A stretch of DNA of 64,000 bases. Source: Rhynchobatus australiae (Eukaryota). Made by a program: the position numbers and the translations under genes. Below the pieces are notes generated by a model. The model was not told the origin of the DNA. It was given only the letters and a program-made list of their open reading frames with translations, and ran no database searches. The stretch is taken from assembly GCA_034780895.1 (NCBI GenBank), contig JAUZTB010000118.1, forward strand, positions 56,725,228 through 56,789,227, given 5' to 3'. Shown piece after piece: positions 36,136 to 49,134 of this stretch (positions are counted from its first letter, which is position 1; each line of letters opens with the position of its first letter).

Positions 36136-39100
36136 GACATAAATATGACATTGTAAGTTTTTAAATGTTATCCAATCTCTATGGTAGCCTTAAGATGTGT
36201 TTTGCAGTTTAGGGTACAATTGATTGGTTATTCGTTAATGCGACTGGTCCACTTAAAATTGATAAAATACATTATGTCAATGATGTGTTAATGGAGGAGG
36301 AAATGCTATTGACTTTGGTGCTTCAATCCTCATATTCACTCTCGACACTGAAATCTGTAGCTTTCTCAAATTCTTCCTCTGCCTCCCAAACTGATGTTGA
36401 TTTTACCTTGAAATTCCACTTTGTGTGAACTTTATCAAATGTGATTATAACCTCTAGTGAACTGCATGATCAACTTTTCATTTGGGATGTCAACAAGTTC
36501 ACAAGGATCAGTTGACACAATATTTCTTTTATAAAAATACATTTTGAGCTAATTATTAGACTTGTCCCAGTTAGGTACTCAAGTTTGCAATTGAATATTT
36601 TCATTATTTTTTTAAGCCATGATGTTAGACTCGTAGGTCAAGTTGCATAGCTTAGTTTTGCCTCATTCTTGTACCTGGGTGCAAACATCAACTTACTTGT
36701 AAGACCAATTTTCATTGATCCACATGATCGTTATTAGCATTTTACAATAACAATTCTTTCTGCAATAAATGCCATCTTCTCTCAGAATTCCTCCAACTTG
36801 AAATCTGTAAATCACATTGGACCCTAGTCAAGGTCCACAGCCTTGATCTTATGCAAACAGAGAGAGATGAAACGGGAGTCGAGGAGTGGGAACACTGGTA
36901 GCAGGCTTCCAGTCAAATAAGATTAGGACCAAGCCCTGTCCCACAAGGAATTCTAAAATGAAAATTGAAAACTAATTGTTAATGTGGCTTGGTATATCAC
37001 AGATACGCTACCATAACATTTTGTCTCTTACTTCAAATGAGTAGGTAATCATGGAGAGTCAGACCACACTTTCTCAATATGCAAAAGGACAAAGTTCTCC
37101 TCCAAGAGCATGCATTTCTGAAATTATCCCTGCAATACTTGGTGAAAGTAGAGTTACTTGCAGAGTACATGTCCCTGTATCCTGTTTCATCAGGATTCTT
37201 CAGCTCCAACCTCGGCTTACTGGGTTAGTGTGACATTCCCATTTTCTGTTGCCTTGTATTGTGAGATTGCCAATTCATGCTAAATTAGGAAAATGTTATC
37301 CTTTGTGTCCATGCCAAATGAAACTGAGACTGCTCAAAATCATTATGCGTTGGAATACTTCAGCCAAAACACAAAGAAACTTTCAACCATCTATCTGGAT
37401 TTGAACCCAAAGTAAAAGGTCACTTAGAAACCACTGAACCACCCAATCTCTTGTGGTTTGGAGCTTTTTCTATTAATTTATTGAGTGATTTTACTTGCTT
37501 TACTTGGATTTCAGACTAGCAAACATTTGGAATTTCAATTAATTTTACTCAGGGTAACCTTAAGTTCTGTATTTTAGTTAATTTATTCATGAGTATGATT
37601 TGATCGTGAAAACTCTTTGAGCAGAATTTTTAACTTCTGGGCAGAACTGAGAACTTGGGAGTCAGTTTTATTTATCTGATCTCAATTCNNNNNNNNNNNN
37701 NNNNNNNNNNNNNNNNNNNNNNNNNNNNNNNNNNNNNNNNNNNNNNNNNNNNNNNNNNNNNNNNNNNNNNNNNNNNNNNNNNNNNNNNTTCAAAAATGAA
37801 AGCCACCGCAAAATTAAATTCTAAACCAAGGCAACGCTTCCCATTAAACCATGTCAAATACCACACACACCTGAACTGGTCGTCATTGTGCATCCTTCAG
37901 AGCTTGCCTTAAATGTGCCTTTCACGGTACTGGTGCTCCCATGCAGTCGTTACCACGGGCTGCAGCACATGGGCCAGGGGTTTCTAAGTTGAGACTTCAG
38001 ATGTTGTTGGAGGGACAGACGTCTTCAGCAATTCTGGGGTAAGTTGCCCAGCTCCTTTTTCATCATCTCACCTTGAGTGGCTGGAGTGTGGACTGACAGA
38101 CAAACAGCAAGATTGCAGGAGGAACGTCACAGCTGAAGTCTCAAATCCGGCCATGCTGAGACAGAACAGAAGGTTTCTGCTCTAAGAGACACTACCGCAT
38201 TCCCCAGGCAACAACGCAATCACATTTAGTACCAAGATTCTGGTCGTGCTCCCATCCTATCTCTGCAAATGGTTTGAACACTGGACTCCTTTGCCTTCAC
38301 TATCTAACAAACACACTGCTTGGAAAGCCACCATTTGGCCCATTGTACCAAAAGAGCTAATTGAATGGTCCCACTCCCCTGTTCTTCCTACATATCCCTG
38401 CAAATTTTGCCCCTTCTTCTGTTCCAATTTGACAGTTACTATTGCTCCTGTTTTTACAGGGACATGAGAACAGAAGAAGGCTATTTGGTTACTCAAGCTT
38501 GTTGCCCCATGTAAACAAGAACATGACCAATTCATAATCCATCTTCATCAAAATGATTTTGCCTCATATCACCATGTTGGATTTAAAATTAGCACTCCCC
38601 CATAACAATTACCATTTGCAGAAGAAAGAAAATCAAAAGTACAACATAGGACCTGAATGATGCTCTCTAAATGCAACTTCTCTTCATTTTGAAGACACAA
38701 CATAGGTGGCTTCCAAAAGTGTGTTCACTTGGGATTTACCTACAAATATTGATGCCCTGTTGATGATGCCAGCCCTTCCTTTTGAAAAATGACCAAGCAA
38801 ATGTTCTCATTACAGAAAACATATTTTCTGAATTCAGCTCTTATAACAACATCAGTCAATAAATATAGAATAATAAAGAAATTTGATGACTGTCGGTCAG
38901 AAACCTGACTTGGCCTTTACTGGGGATGTGCCAACACTTCATGAAACAGCCACCATATAGAAAAGATTCAGCAGGGTTTTCTGTTTTGTCCTTCCGCAGT
39001 AATGTGTGAGGACACAGTTACCTTGAGGATGCTTTGAAGGAAAGGCAGCTTGGTTCACCGTGGATGTCAGCTGAATTTAGAACAAGAGAGGACGGTTAAT

Positions 39101-40174
39101 CCTCAGAGATTATACTGGGCCATGAGTCCTCTCAAAACGTGTAATACAATCCAAAGTATATCTTTGGGTAAATAAGTTCTTTATTCTATAATTTTTATTA
39201 CATGTGGCAGAAAATATAGAGCTACCCTAGTTTTTCCAGTGTGGTCATGATATTATTTCCATAAATAAAACAAATTATAGAAGAAATTCATTTGCTCTTT
39301 TACAATATCAGAAGGGTACTAGATTCATATAGAATATACAGGAAAGATTCACTAGATTCACCTATTACAGGCACAGACCCTCTGCAGCTCCTTGGTAGAA
39401 ACACTGAGAACCTTAGGACTAAATAAAGGGGTAGAACATTTGGCATAATTTTATCCTGACCTCTTCACCACAGGCCCTAGGTCAAGAAAACTGCCCTTGT
39501 GTCCCAATATATTCAGGAAATTCTCCAAGAAAAATGATGTTTAAAAAATTATAACGAACAGTATGGGAAAGTGGATCCATTAACAATAAATTTCAGCATA
39601 CATTCTTCCTTGTTATTGGTTGTAGATCCATCATGTGTAAAAGAACGACTCTGGGGTCTATGGTAACCCCAGAGTGTTGAGATCGAAGAAGGTAGAAATA
39701 AATCTTGTATCAGACAGTAGCCATGAGCAGGACCTTTGTTATCACCTGCTTACAGAAGGGTCACCTCCACATGTACCAATAGGCTGTGTGCATTCTACTA
39801 AGGGATGTATGATGCATTTCTAATGGCAGATAAATTCTGGACAGGTTATTGCTTTGTCATTACGTTGCAGGTCTAAACTGACGCTAGTCATGCTGGGAGC
39901 AAAGTCTCACAAACTGATCCTTCATATCTCGAATCCCTTAACTTTTTCCAGTGTAATTCACTATATACTTCCATCTTAAATTTGTTAGTTCTCATCAGGA
40001 TTCTAATCTTCTATGTTATCTATGCCAAGATACAAAATGTTGCTAACAATACCATGGGACCAACTGAGTGTAAAACATCTATTTACTTTGGTGTGATATA
40101 AGGGATTGATTCAGGCAGAGCACAACACTAAAATAAAGACCATAACATGAAGAACAATGAAGAATTTTAGATTC

Positions 40175-40505
40175 ACACTGCAGGAAACAGACTCTTCAAC
40201 TTAACAAGTCTGCACTGACCAGCAAGCACTGATTTACATTGATACCATTTTATTCTCCCCTCATTCCCATCAACTTCCCCCAAGTTTGACCATTTACCTA
40301 TACACTGTAGACAAGTTACAGTGGCCAATTAACCCACCAACCTGCATATCACTTGGATGTGGGTGGAAACTGGAGCACCTGGAGGAAACCCACACAGTCA
40401 CAAGAAGAACATACAATCTTCACACAGACAGCACCAAAGGTTAGGATTGATTCTGTGGCTAGAGCTGTGGGACAGTGGCTCTAACAGTTGTACCATCATG
40501 CACAG
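40175..40505 (-). mobile_element. V-SINE (HE1-like), decayed
   Basis: ttacagtggccaattaaccc...ggatgtgggtggaaactggagcacctggaggaaacccacacagtcac. Confidence 0.8.
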
Positions 40506-40544
40506 TAGATGCAATTACAACATTACATTAAAATTGTACATTTC

Positions 40545-41020
40545 CTGTGACATTTAACGGGGTTGAGAAATGGAAAAGACGAACACAAGATACTTGTCGA
40601 ATTTTTCTTCCATTTCTGTATCCCCAATGTAATTTCTCCTGCCTCAGTCTGCAAGGGATCTATGTTTATTTTAGCTATCTTTTTACTGTTTATATACCCA
40701 TAGAAACTCTTACAATCATTTTTTATGTTTCTCACTTACCTACTCAAGTATTCTGTTACCCCTTTGTTACCAATACCTTTATTCTTTTTTACTGAATTTT
40801 GATTTTTTTCCCAATCCTCAGACTTTACTGCTTTTTGGCAACAATATAAAATGTTTTTTTTTAATTATGTAATACTATCTCTAACTTTTTTTGATAGGTG
40901 TAGCTGAACTTCTTTTTCCAATTACTTTAAAGGGATATATATTACTTGTAAACCATGTATTATTTATTTATAAGTTTGCCATTTCTTATTTACTGCCATA
41001 CCTTTTATTGTAGATTTGGG
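40545..41020 (-). mobile_element. CR1 LINE ORF2 linker fragment
   Basis: RNIKNDCKSFYGYINSKKIAKINIDPLQTEAGEITLG. Confidence 0.75.
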
Positions 41021-41059
41021 TGTCATATTGAACTAAAGTGCTAGTATGTCTTAAAATAA

Positions 41060-41150
41060 AAATAGAAACCATTGGAAATACCTAGCATGTCTGGCAGCAT
41101 TTGTGGAAAGAGAAACGTTTACGTCTCAGGTCAAAGTCCTTTCAACAATG
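41060..41150 (-). mobile_element. Penelope-derived terminal repeat copy, decayed
   Basis: ttggaaatacctagcatgtctggcagcatttgtggaaagagaaacgtttacgtctcaggtc. Confidence 0.6.
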
Positions 41151-41409
41151 TTCTGCGACTGTTGAATTTAAATATTACTTGGAAAACAACTGTTCCATTT
41201 ATTTTTCAGATCCCTATAAGAGAAACATTTCCTTAAATGATTAATTGATATTTTCTATCACCTGCTAACAAACTCCTGTTCATATTTACAATTAATTATG
41301 AAGTTTGACTGTAACGTTTCAGTGAATTCCTCTGGTGAATTTTAATGTAATTTGATTGCTATGCTTGTTGGAAGTAAAGACAATTACGGTAATCTTTTCT
41401 CCTTTGCAG

Positions 41410-41555
41410 TGGTGTAAGGCTGGTGAATGTGTTAGTAAAACACCTCTTCCTGACTACATAGATGGAGAATGGAGCATCTGGAGCACATGGAGTACTTGCA
41501 GTCGAACATGTGATGTTGGGGTACATTTCCGGCAGCGTACATGTGATAATCCCAG
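41410..41555 (+). CDS. ADAMTS19: ADAMTS19-like exon (disintegrin end plus thrombospondin type-1 repeat, N-terminal half)
   Basis: Acceptor ctttgcag|TGG, donor AG|gtacgt; 146 nt: [48 protein letters not shown](R); TSR motifs WxxWxxW, CSRTC, RxRxC. Confidence 0.96.
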
Positions 41556-42399
41556 GTACGTCAGTTCCGTCATCTTAATCATTTTATTTGTTCATATTTC
41601 TTAGCATATTCTTGGGTTTCACTTCAATAAAGCATTAGGAGAGCAGTTCTAAAATACCCTANNNNNNNNNNNNNNNNNNNNNNNNNNNNNNNNNNNNNNN
41701 NNNNNNNNNNNNNNNNNNNNNGTTTATGTCCCTCTCTGGCTACCTTTCTGTTTGTCTCCTATTTGTTGTAGTCACATCTTCCCTATAGCCTTTGGAAATA
41801 CAAAGCTTGAAGTATAAAATGAGACCACATGACCCTTTGTGCCTCTGGCAACTCTTCAATACCTACTTTAAACTGGGCCAGGAAGTAACCCTTCAGTTAT
41901 TGGAGAATAGAAGCATTAGTCAATGTATTAATTTTCTAACAGGATTTTAATTGATGATTAACTGCAGCAAAACCTGTGAAGGAGATAAATATAACCCATT
42001 CCACTTATATTAAGTGTGGTTTGTCAAAAAATTGTTTAAACCAAACTAACTAGACCACTCGAGAGAATACTACAAACTGATCACTATTCCAGGTTCACCT
42101 GAAATGCAGAGGTAGACTCCCAGTTTCTTCCTCCCACTAGCACTCATCTTCTTAAACCATTTCTTCTTCTCCACATCTCCTACCTTCACCTCCAAGAACA
42201 GGTCTGAATAGCTCATGAGCTTCTATCAAGAAGATTCAGACAATCTATTCATCTCTGGCACATCCCTCTCTTCCCTTTGCTCATGAATCCAACATTCCTC
42301 CTTTAGCTGTCAGCTCTTATTCTCTTCTCTCCCTTCATTTTTTCTCTTGAGATCTGATTCGTGAGACCCATTTCTTGCTTATTGACTCAAATTCCAGTT

Positions 42400-43265
42400 T
42401 GGCTGCTGACTACACAACTTCACCCTTTCCTCAGATAATTTTCTACTGAAATTCTTATCCATGCTTTGATTCCCTCCAGGTTGATATTCCAAGACTCATT
42501 GATCCATCACTGACCTATATTGTTCTTGTCTATAAGATTCTCAATTTTGTCTTTAAGTTTTTGTGTGGCTTTGTCCTTCTCTTTCTCTGGTGCTCTTTCC
42601 AGTCCTACAACCCTTCAAGCATTCAGAACTCTTATGCAAATCCTTGGCCTCCCTTGGTCTCTTTTGGAATTTAGAAGAATGAGGGTGGTGTTATTGAAGA
42701 TTCTGAGAGGGCACGACAGGGTAGATATTGAGATGTCTCTGCTTGTGGGAGAATCTCAAATGAGGGGATATGGTTACAAGATAAGCAAGCAGTTAGTTAA
42801 CACTGAAGTGTGCAGGAACTTGTGGCATAGGGTGGTTAATTTTCGGGAATTTCCTACCCCAGGGAGGTGTGGAGCAAGATCATTGAAGATATTTAAAGAA
42901 GAAATAGATACATTTTTGAAAGATCAGGGATTTGAGGGCTGTGGAGATTTGGCACCAATAAGAAGAGATGAGGCCTGTGACAGATCGGCCATGATCATAT
43001 TGAATGGCAGGCAGCCTTTCGATACTGAGGAGCTTAAACCTGCTCGTATTTTCTTACTTTCTACCATGTTGATGGTATTTTTAGTCATTTAGTCGTTAAA
43101 CTGTTTAAACCTCATAATCTCTATACTTCTCTCTCCTGGTTGAAGAAGCTTCTTACCTCTCTGACCAAGCTTTTAATTACCTGTCCTAACCTCTCTTTGT
43201 GTCATTTGTTGACTGAGTACACTCCTGTAAATGTTTTTATAAGTATTTATTTAGAAGTAGTTGCT
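42400..43265 (+). mobile_element. L2-type LINE 3' region interrupted by a CR1 3' fragment (about 42650-43065)
   Basis: TEILIHALIPSRL (L2 motif LIHAFVTSRLDY) at about 42445; CR1 LEFRRMR..ILRGHDRVD..FKEEIDTFL; L2-like tail resumes near 43095. Confidence 0.6.
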
Positions 43266-44646
43266 AACATATGCATCCCGTGCTAGAAAAGACCAATAAA
43301 TCGAACCTGGATATTGTCAAATAAAGGGCTTGTGGTGGACCACAAGATGATGAATTCAGTTGAAAACTGTTACAATAAATGTTTTACTGCCATTGTTCCA
43401 AAGTCATTGAATATGATATGACGAGATTATCTCCATGTATAGAACTGAGAATTAATAACTTTAGACTGAACAGTTTAGAGTACTCTTGAATGGAAAGGAG
43501 ATTACCTGAGGGGCAGTAATGAAGAAAATGTGGGAATATCCAGAAGAACCTTGTGTCCATTTTACTTCTGATGAATCATTTGGCTCAATAATGCATTTCG
43601 CAAACAAACTCACCAAAAAACTATTCATAAAGGTGGTGCCGCTTTGTGTTGTTTTAATTTTTGGTCTANNNNNNNNNNNNNNNNNNNNNNNNNNNNNNNN
43701 NNNNNNNNNNNNNNNNNNNNNNNNNNNNNNNNNNNNNNNNNNNNNNNNNNNNNNNNNNNNNNNNNNNNGCCGCTTTGTGTTGTTTTAATTTTTGGTCTAA
43801 TGTCTCCTGCTATCATTAGAATACTTAACTGGGTCCAAAGCTCCTTAAAGGCTGCCAAACAAGAATCTGAAGGTTACATTTTAACTCAGCATCCAACTTT
43901 AAAATTGAACATTCAATTCGCCAAGTCCGTGGCAACTTTGTGCCAAGTATTATATTATCAGGTATATTTTGGGCAGTCTGTGATATAATCCACATGAAAA
44001 AACAATTCGGATCTGATTCCTTTCAAGCAGACCTCAGTGTCTTTTTAGATGTTCTTCTTATTCTACTGTTTACCCTGCCGCTCAACAGAAGAGGCATTGT
44101 TGTTTTGCTATCAATCAAAAAGATGTTAATCTCTTTCTGATGATTAAACTGGTAATGCAAGCCAAAAATGTAACCTCTGTCACAATGTGTGTCAATATAT
44201 TGTAGAGAATACAGATGCAGCATAAGTGGATGATTTTCTCAGTGCAACATGCACATTTTTTTCTGATGTTACAGAAGTTGATGTTATTGATGGCTACAGA
44301 GACGGTGAAAAGAATGGAAAATTATTTGGAGGAAACTTTCCTGCCAGTGAAGGTGACTTATTCTGTCAAGATTTTTTTAGGGGAAGATAGAAGCTCCACC
44401 AATGCTAGTGCAAAATTGCAATAACTCTGGAGTTGAGATNNNNNNNNNNNNNNNNNNNNNNNNNNNNNNNNNNNNNNNNNNNNNNNNNNNNNNNNNNNNN
44501 NNNNNNNNNNNNNNNNNNNNNNNNNNNNNNNNNNNNNNNGGCCTTGAGGAACTTTAGGAGATTGTTTTCAAGGAGAGCTGAAGGATCTAACTCAATAGAA
44601 ATGCACCTTCTCAACAGATCTCAAACTTATTTTGTTTCCATCACAG

Positions 44647-44816
44647 GCCTGGCCCTGAAGGGAAAAACTGTCAGGGTTCCCGTGTACAGTACAGGATATG
44701 CAAGAATCCCCCTTGTCCAACAGGAGTACCAGGTTTTCGAGATTTACAATGCCAGTCATTCAAAAGGCCATCATACCAGAAGCATTCCTTGCAGTGGCAT
44801 GCTGTCACTAATGAAG
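44647..44816 (+). CDS. ADAMTS19: ADAMTS19-like exon (TSR1 C-terminal half plus start of Cys-rich domain)
   Basis: Acceptor tcacag|G, donor AAG|gtaaat; 170 nt, phase 2-1: PGPEGKNCQGSRVQYRICKNPPCPTGVPGFRDLQCQSFKRPSYQKHSLQWHAVTNE; FRDxQC is an ADAMTS motif. Confidence 0.95.
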
Positions 44817-45636
44817 GTAAATACATTCCTAAAACTTAAAATTACATTTGTGTTCCTAAGGCAGCTGAATCTATGGATTTCCAGTTATTAGTTTTGTGAA
44901 TTGACAGAAGTTTTGCAAGTCTGATGTGTATTATGATTGTGTATGACAACTGACAAATTGGTGCTAATGTAACATGCTAATAAGGGACTCAATAAATACA
45001 TCTCTCTGAGAAGTCATGCTAGAATGTAAACCACGTATTTTGTGGCAGTGTATTTAAATATCTGTGGTCTATGCTCTCGGTTCTAAGATTCAAAGCCAAA
45101 TTTGACTTACAAACAGCTCTGATGCATATCGAAATGTTCATTACATTTCCTTTCTATGAGCTTGTGCAATAAGCTGACTTCAGCGCTCTCAGGTTGTCTA
45201 AATCTGCCAAGCATGAAGGACTGGGAATGCCAACTCTTTGCTTAGTGGATTTTGAACAATCCCAGCACAAAAGAAGTGTCATTGCATTTTTCACTAAGAC
45301 TTTACTAGATTTCTTAGCCAAACAATTTTGAGGAGCGACAATATTCTGTCCCGTTCCTAAAACTGTTTTCATGGCCTGAGCTAGCTGTCTGGCACTGCCT
45401 GAACACATGGAGAAAATGTTCATCTGTTATATTCTTGAAGATAATCTTTTTAAAGATGTAATTTAATAAGTGCAGAAAGAACTAGAAGCCAGAGAGAAGG
45501 ACTAGAGTACACAAAAAGAAAATAGAAGTATAGAGAGAGGAAAAAGTCCAGAAGAAGATGAAGAGGAATCAAAAACTAGAGGTAGAGCAAGTGGAATGGA
45601 AATGATAAAAGATATGAAAAGGGGAAAGCAAAAGAA

Positions 45637-45714
45637 GCCCGACCTGCTGAGTTCCTCCAGTACTTTTTGTGTATTGCTCCAGATTCCAGCATCTACAGAA
45701 TTTCTTGTGTGTCC
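45637..45714 (+). mobile_element. Penelope-derived terminal repeat, 3' tail only
   Basis: gacctgctgagttcctccagtactttttgtgtattgctccagattccagcatctacag. Confidence 0.7.
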
Positions 45715-46723
45715 AAGTTTTGGGCATGGGTCTTAATGTGAAAATGAGGGAAATGAAGGAAAAGAAAGGTGGGTTTTAATGAAGATCTTGTACTTTCTGT
45801 AGGAAGGTTTATTTAGGGAAGATGCTTGCATTTTGTGACAGAAAGAAACATTTATTTATATGGTCATTAGAAAGAACTGGGAGGTCTTCACTATTTAATG
45901 TGGTATAGTTCATCGACAATAACTTGCTTTTTATGGTACTTTTAATGTGATCAAATGCATCAAAGCATTTTATGACTTTACAGGGCAGGACTAAAACTGG
46001 GCATTCTAGATAGCTCATTGCAACACATCATATTGAATACTCTAAATATTCTAATAATCTGCAATATTAATAAAGACTATATGGTAAAGGTTGAAGTTGA
46101 AACAATTTATAAATAAATAAAATTGATTATATTACACAAATCCATTGAGCATTTGAACCGATAAAAAGTCAGGACTAACCGTAATCTGTGTTTGGCAAAA
46201 GACCTGTTTAAGAGGATACAGTTTTACAAGAGATTTACTTGCAAATAACTCATGATGATTTGCATCTCATCATAATGAGATATAACATCGAGCACCCATT
46301 TATTCTAATCCTACGCTAATTCCATTTTATTCTCCTCACATTCCTCTTCAATATTATGGAGATAAAATTGGCATAGGATTTACCCAAACCCAAAATCTAA
46401 TTTGTCACATTCTGACTCTACTGGTTAGAAGATTTAAGAAACATTATCCGGAGCTAGTTCAAAATTCTATGGCAATAAATAGATAGCTTACTTGATTAAG
46501 TAGAGGAAAGGCTGAAACCAAAAGTTGGAATTCTGCAGGAAAAACCCGTAGCAACCACTTTTTAGTTTATATCTGTGGATTATCTAGCAAGCATTAGAAA
46601 GAAGTTGGACATAGAAATGTATCAGATCTCCTCATTGAATGGGAAGGCTTGTAAAAGGAGTCATAAAGAAGAAACTTTTCATGCAGATGACCTGAAAAAA
46701 TACAAACAAAACAAAAATAAACC

Positions 46724-47036
46724 TTTGATCCATCACCCCAGTGGATCTGCTCTCCCCTGCTCCCCTGCTCCTGCCTATCACTATCTCTTATCTGCATCTA
46801 CCTATCACCACCTAGTTCCCACCCCACCTCCCCCCTTTTGTCCACCTATCACTGCTCTGCTTATCCCTCCTAAATATGGGGCTTCCCCTTTTCCTATCTT
46901 CAGTCCTGAAGAAGGGTCCTGATCCAAAACATTGACCGTCTGCTTTTCTCCAGGGATGTCACCTGGCCTGCTGAGTCCTTCCAGCATCACAGTGTTTTTC
47001 ATCTAGATTCCAGTATCTGCAGTCCTTTGCTTCTCT
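46724..47036 (+). mobile_element. 5'-truncated Penelope-like insertion with perfect 11-bp TSD
   Basis: aaaaataaacc at 46713-46723 and 47037-47047; hammerhead motif cagtc-CTGAAGA-agggtcctgatcc-aaaac-att-gaccg at 46901-46938. Confidence 0.85.
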
Positions 47037-48227
47037 AAAAATAAACCAATAAAGGGCATCAGTTGGCATACTTGTAGCATCCTTCATATCAGTCAAACAC
47101 ATAGAAGAGAGTGGCAAAAAAAATAAGATGGAAAGAAAATCCTGTAAAGAGGATGAGGAATCAAGGAATCCAACCATATCCGGTTTATACTGTTTTCCAT
47201 TTATACTATTTATACTGTTCCATTTATAAAGGTTCCATTTATACTGTTTTCTGGTGCAAGTGGATGTAGAATGATTTGTTTGGTTCAAAATTCAACCAAA
47301 GTTTATTCCACAGACTACTAATGATGATATTCTGGTAAAGTCTAGCCCACATTGATGGTGCTGTCAACATTGATTTCAAGTGCAATGTTAATTAGAAGTA
47401 TGATGGTTTACAGTGGACAGTGTAAATTGGGCAGCAGTAAACCAAATAAAGCACATTCTAGAAACTGTGGGTAAATGTTACATCACAGGGACATATCATC
47501 TACTCTTGTCCTACTGATTGCTGTTCCAGATGTTTTCCTTTGTTGTAGTATTAAATATGGAATATTTTATGTTAAGTGTGCACAGGGGAACTTATAATAT
47601 AAAAAAAATTAAGGACACTTCCCAAAGTGATAAAAGAATTATGAAGTAGTTTCAATCCTTGTCCATTGATTGCAATGCAGGCAACTTCTTGATCATCAAA
47701 GTGATTACTGCCTGCACCAGTATAATTATTGACTGCGTCAGGGGGTCTAACTTCTTGTAACTTGTCAGATCCAGTTATGGTTAGCCAGCACTGAGATAAG
47801 CTAGCCTATACCTCTTAAAAGTAGGTGCACTGTGGCTGGAGGAAGTATTGATACGCATTCTAGAAGTGAATCTGATCTCAGAAATTGCAAAGAATAGCAT
47901 AACCTAGATAAAGAGGGCTCTTAATGTACTGGAGGCCCTATTAGAAGAAGTAAAAAAACGAGAGAGGTGTGCTTTAGATAGTGGAGCAAAATCCCATCAA
48001 GGCACATATTCTGAAGGCAACTGGTGCAGGTAGGTGGGGAGCTCAGTGTCGGAGCTCAAGCTCAAGGATCCAGTTGCAGTTCATGTGGTCAAGATCAGTG
48101 GATGTGTTTTCATTTGCATTATGCCATCAGCTGCACAGCTAGCTTCAGAAATTATGCACTTCACTGCACCGCCACCTCTTGCCTATGAATGATAGCTATC
48201 AATTAGGACTTGTACTTAACATGCATT

Positions 48228-48229
<2 letters not shown>

Positions 48230-48284
<55 letters not shown>
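48230..48284. repeat. (CT)n microsatellite
   Basis: About 27 perfect units, direct reading. Confidence 0.95.
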
Positions 48285-48286
<2 letters not shown>

Positions 48287-48574
48287 GTTTCACACCGTCA
48301 TTGCATAGCTGCCACAAACATTAGATTATGACAACTGCTCATTCTCTCATGGCTCTCTATATCTCTCACTCTCACCTTTTCTTGGACAATTGGCTCACAT
48401 CAGGCACTGCAGAATCTAACTCGTATGCCTGCAGAGGCAGCCCTTGTGGAGGCATTACCAAAGCTGTAGCCACTGCCAGGGCTGAAACCATCACAGATGA
48501 TAATTTCCTTCCATCTAATCCTTCTCCTAACATATTGCTCCTTGTTCTTCCATACTCTCTTCATACTGGAGTTG

Positions 48575-49134
48575 TGTAAGTCATTGGTGAGGTCACACTT
48601 GGAGTACTGTGTACAGTTTCTCTTATAGGAAAGACATGGTTAAACTGGAAAGAGCACAGAAAAGATTTATGAGGATGTTGCCAGCACTAGAGGGCCTGAG
48701 TTATAGGGAGAGGTTGGCCAGGCTAGATCTCTAATCCTTGGAATGTAGGAGAATGAAGGGTGACCTTACAGAAATGTTTAAAATTATGAGATGCATAGAC
48801 AAGGTGAATGGTAACAGTCTTTTCCCCAGGGTAAAGGAGTCCAAAACTAAGGGGCATAGATTTAGGGTGAGAGGGGAAAGATTTAAAAGTGACTTGAGGG
48901 GCAACTTTTCCACTCAGAGGGTGGTGAGTATATGGAATTAGCTACCATGGTAAGTGGTTGAGGCAGGTTCAATAGTATCATTTAAGAAGCACTTGGAGAG
49001 AAACAGGGAGGGAAGGGTCTGGAGGGATATGGGTCCAATGCAGGAAATTGGGACTAGCTAGGTGGACAACGTGGTTGGCCAGACTCATTGGGCCATAGGG
49101 CCTGTGTCCATGCTGTATTTTGCTCTGTGACTCT
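48575..49134 (+). mobile_element. CR1/HER1-type LINE 3' end with tail
   Basis: RRMKGDLTEMFKIMRCIDKVN..LFPRV..SKTKGHRFRVRGERFKSDLRGNFSTQRVVSIWN plus tail tgggccatagggcctgtgtccatgctgta..ctctgtgactct. Confidence 0.9.

Noticed and set aside
42520-43092. 190-aa ORF, the longest in the ORF track
   Set aside because: Chance read-through of L2 and CR1 fragments; not a host gene.
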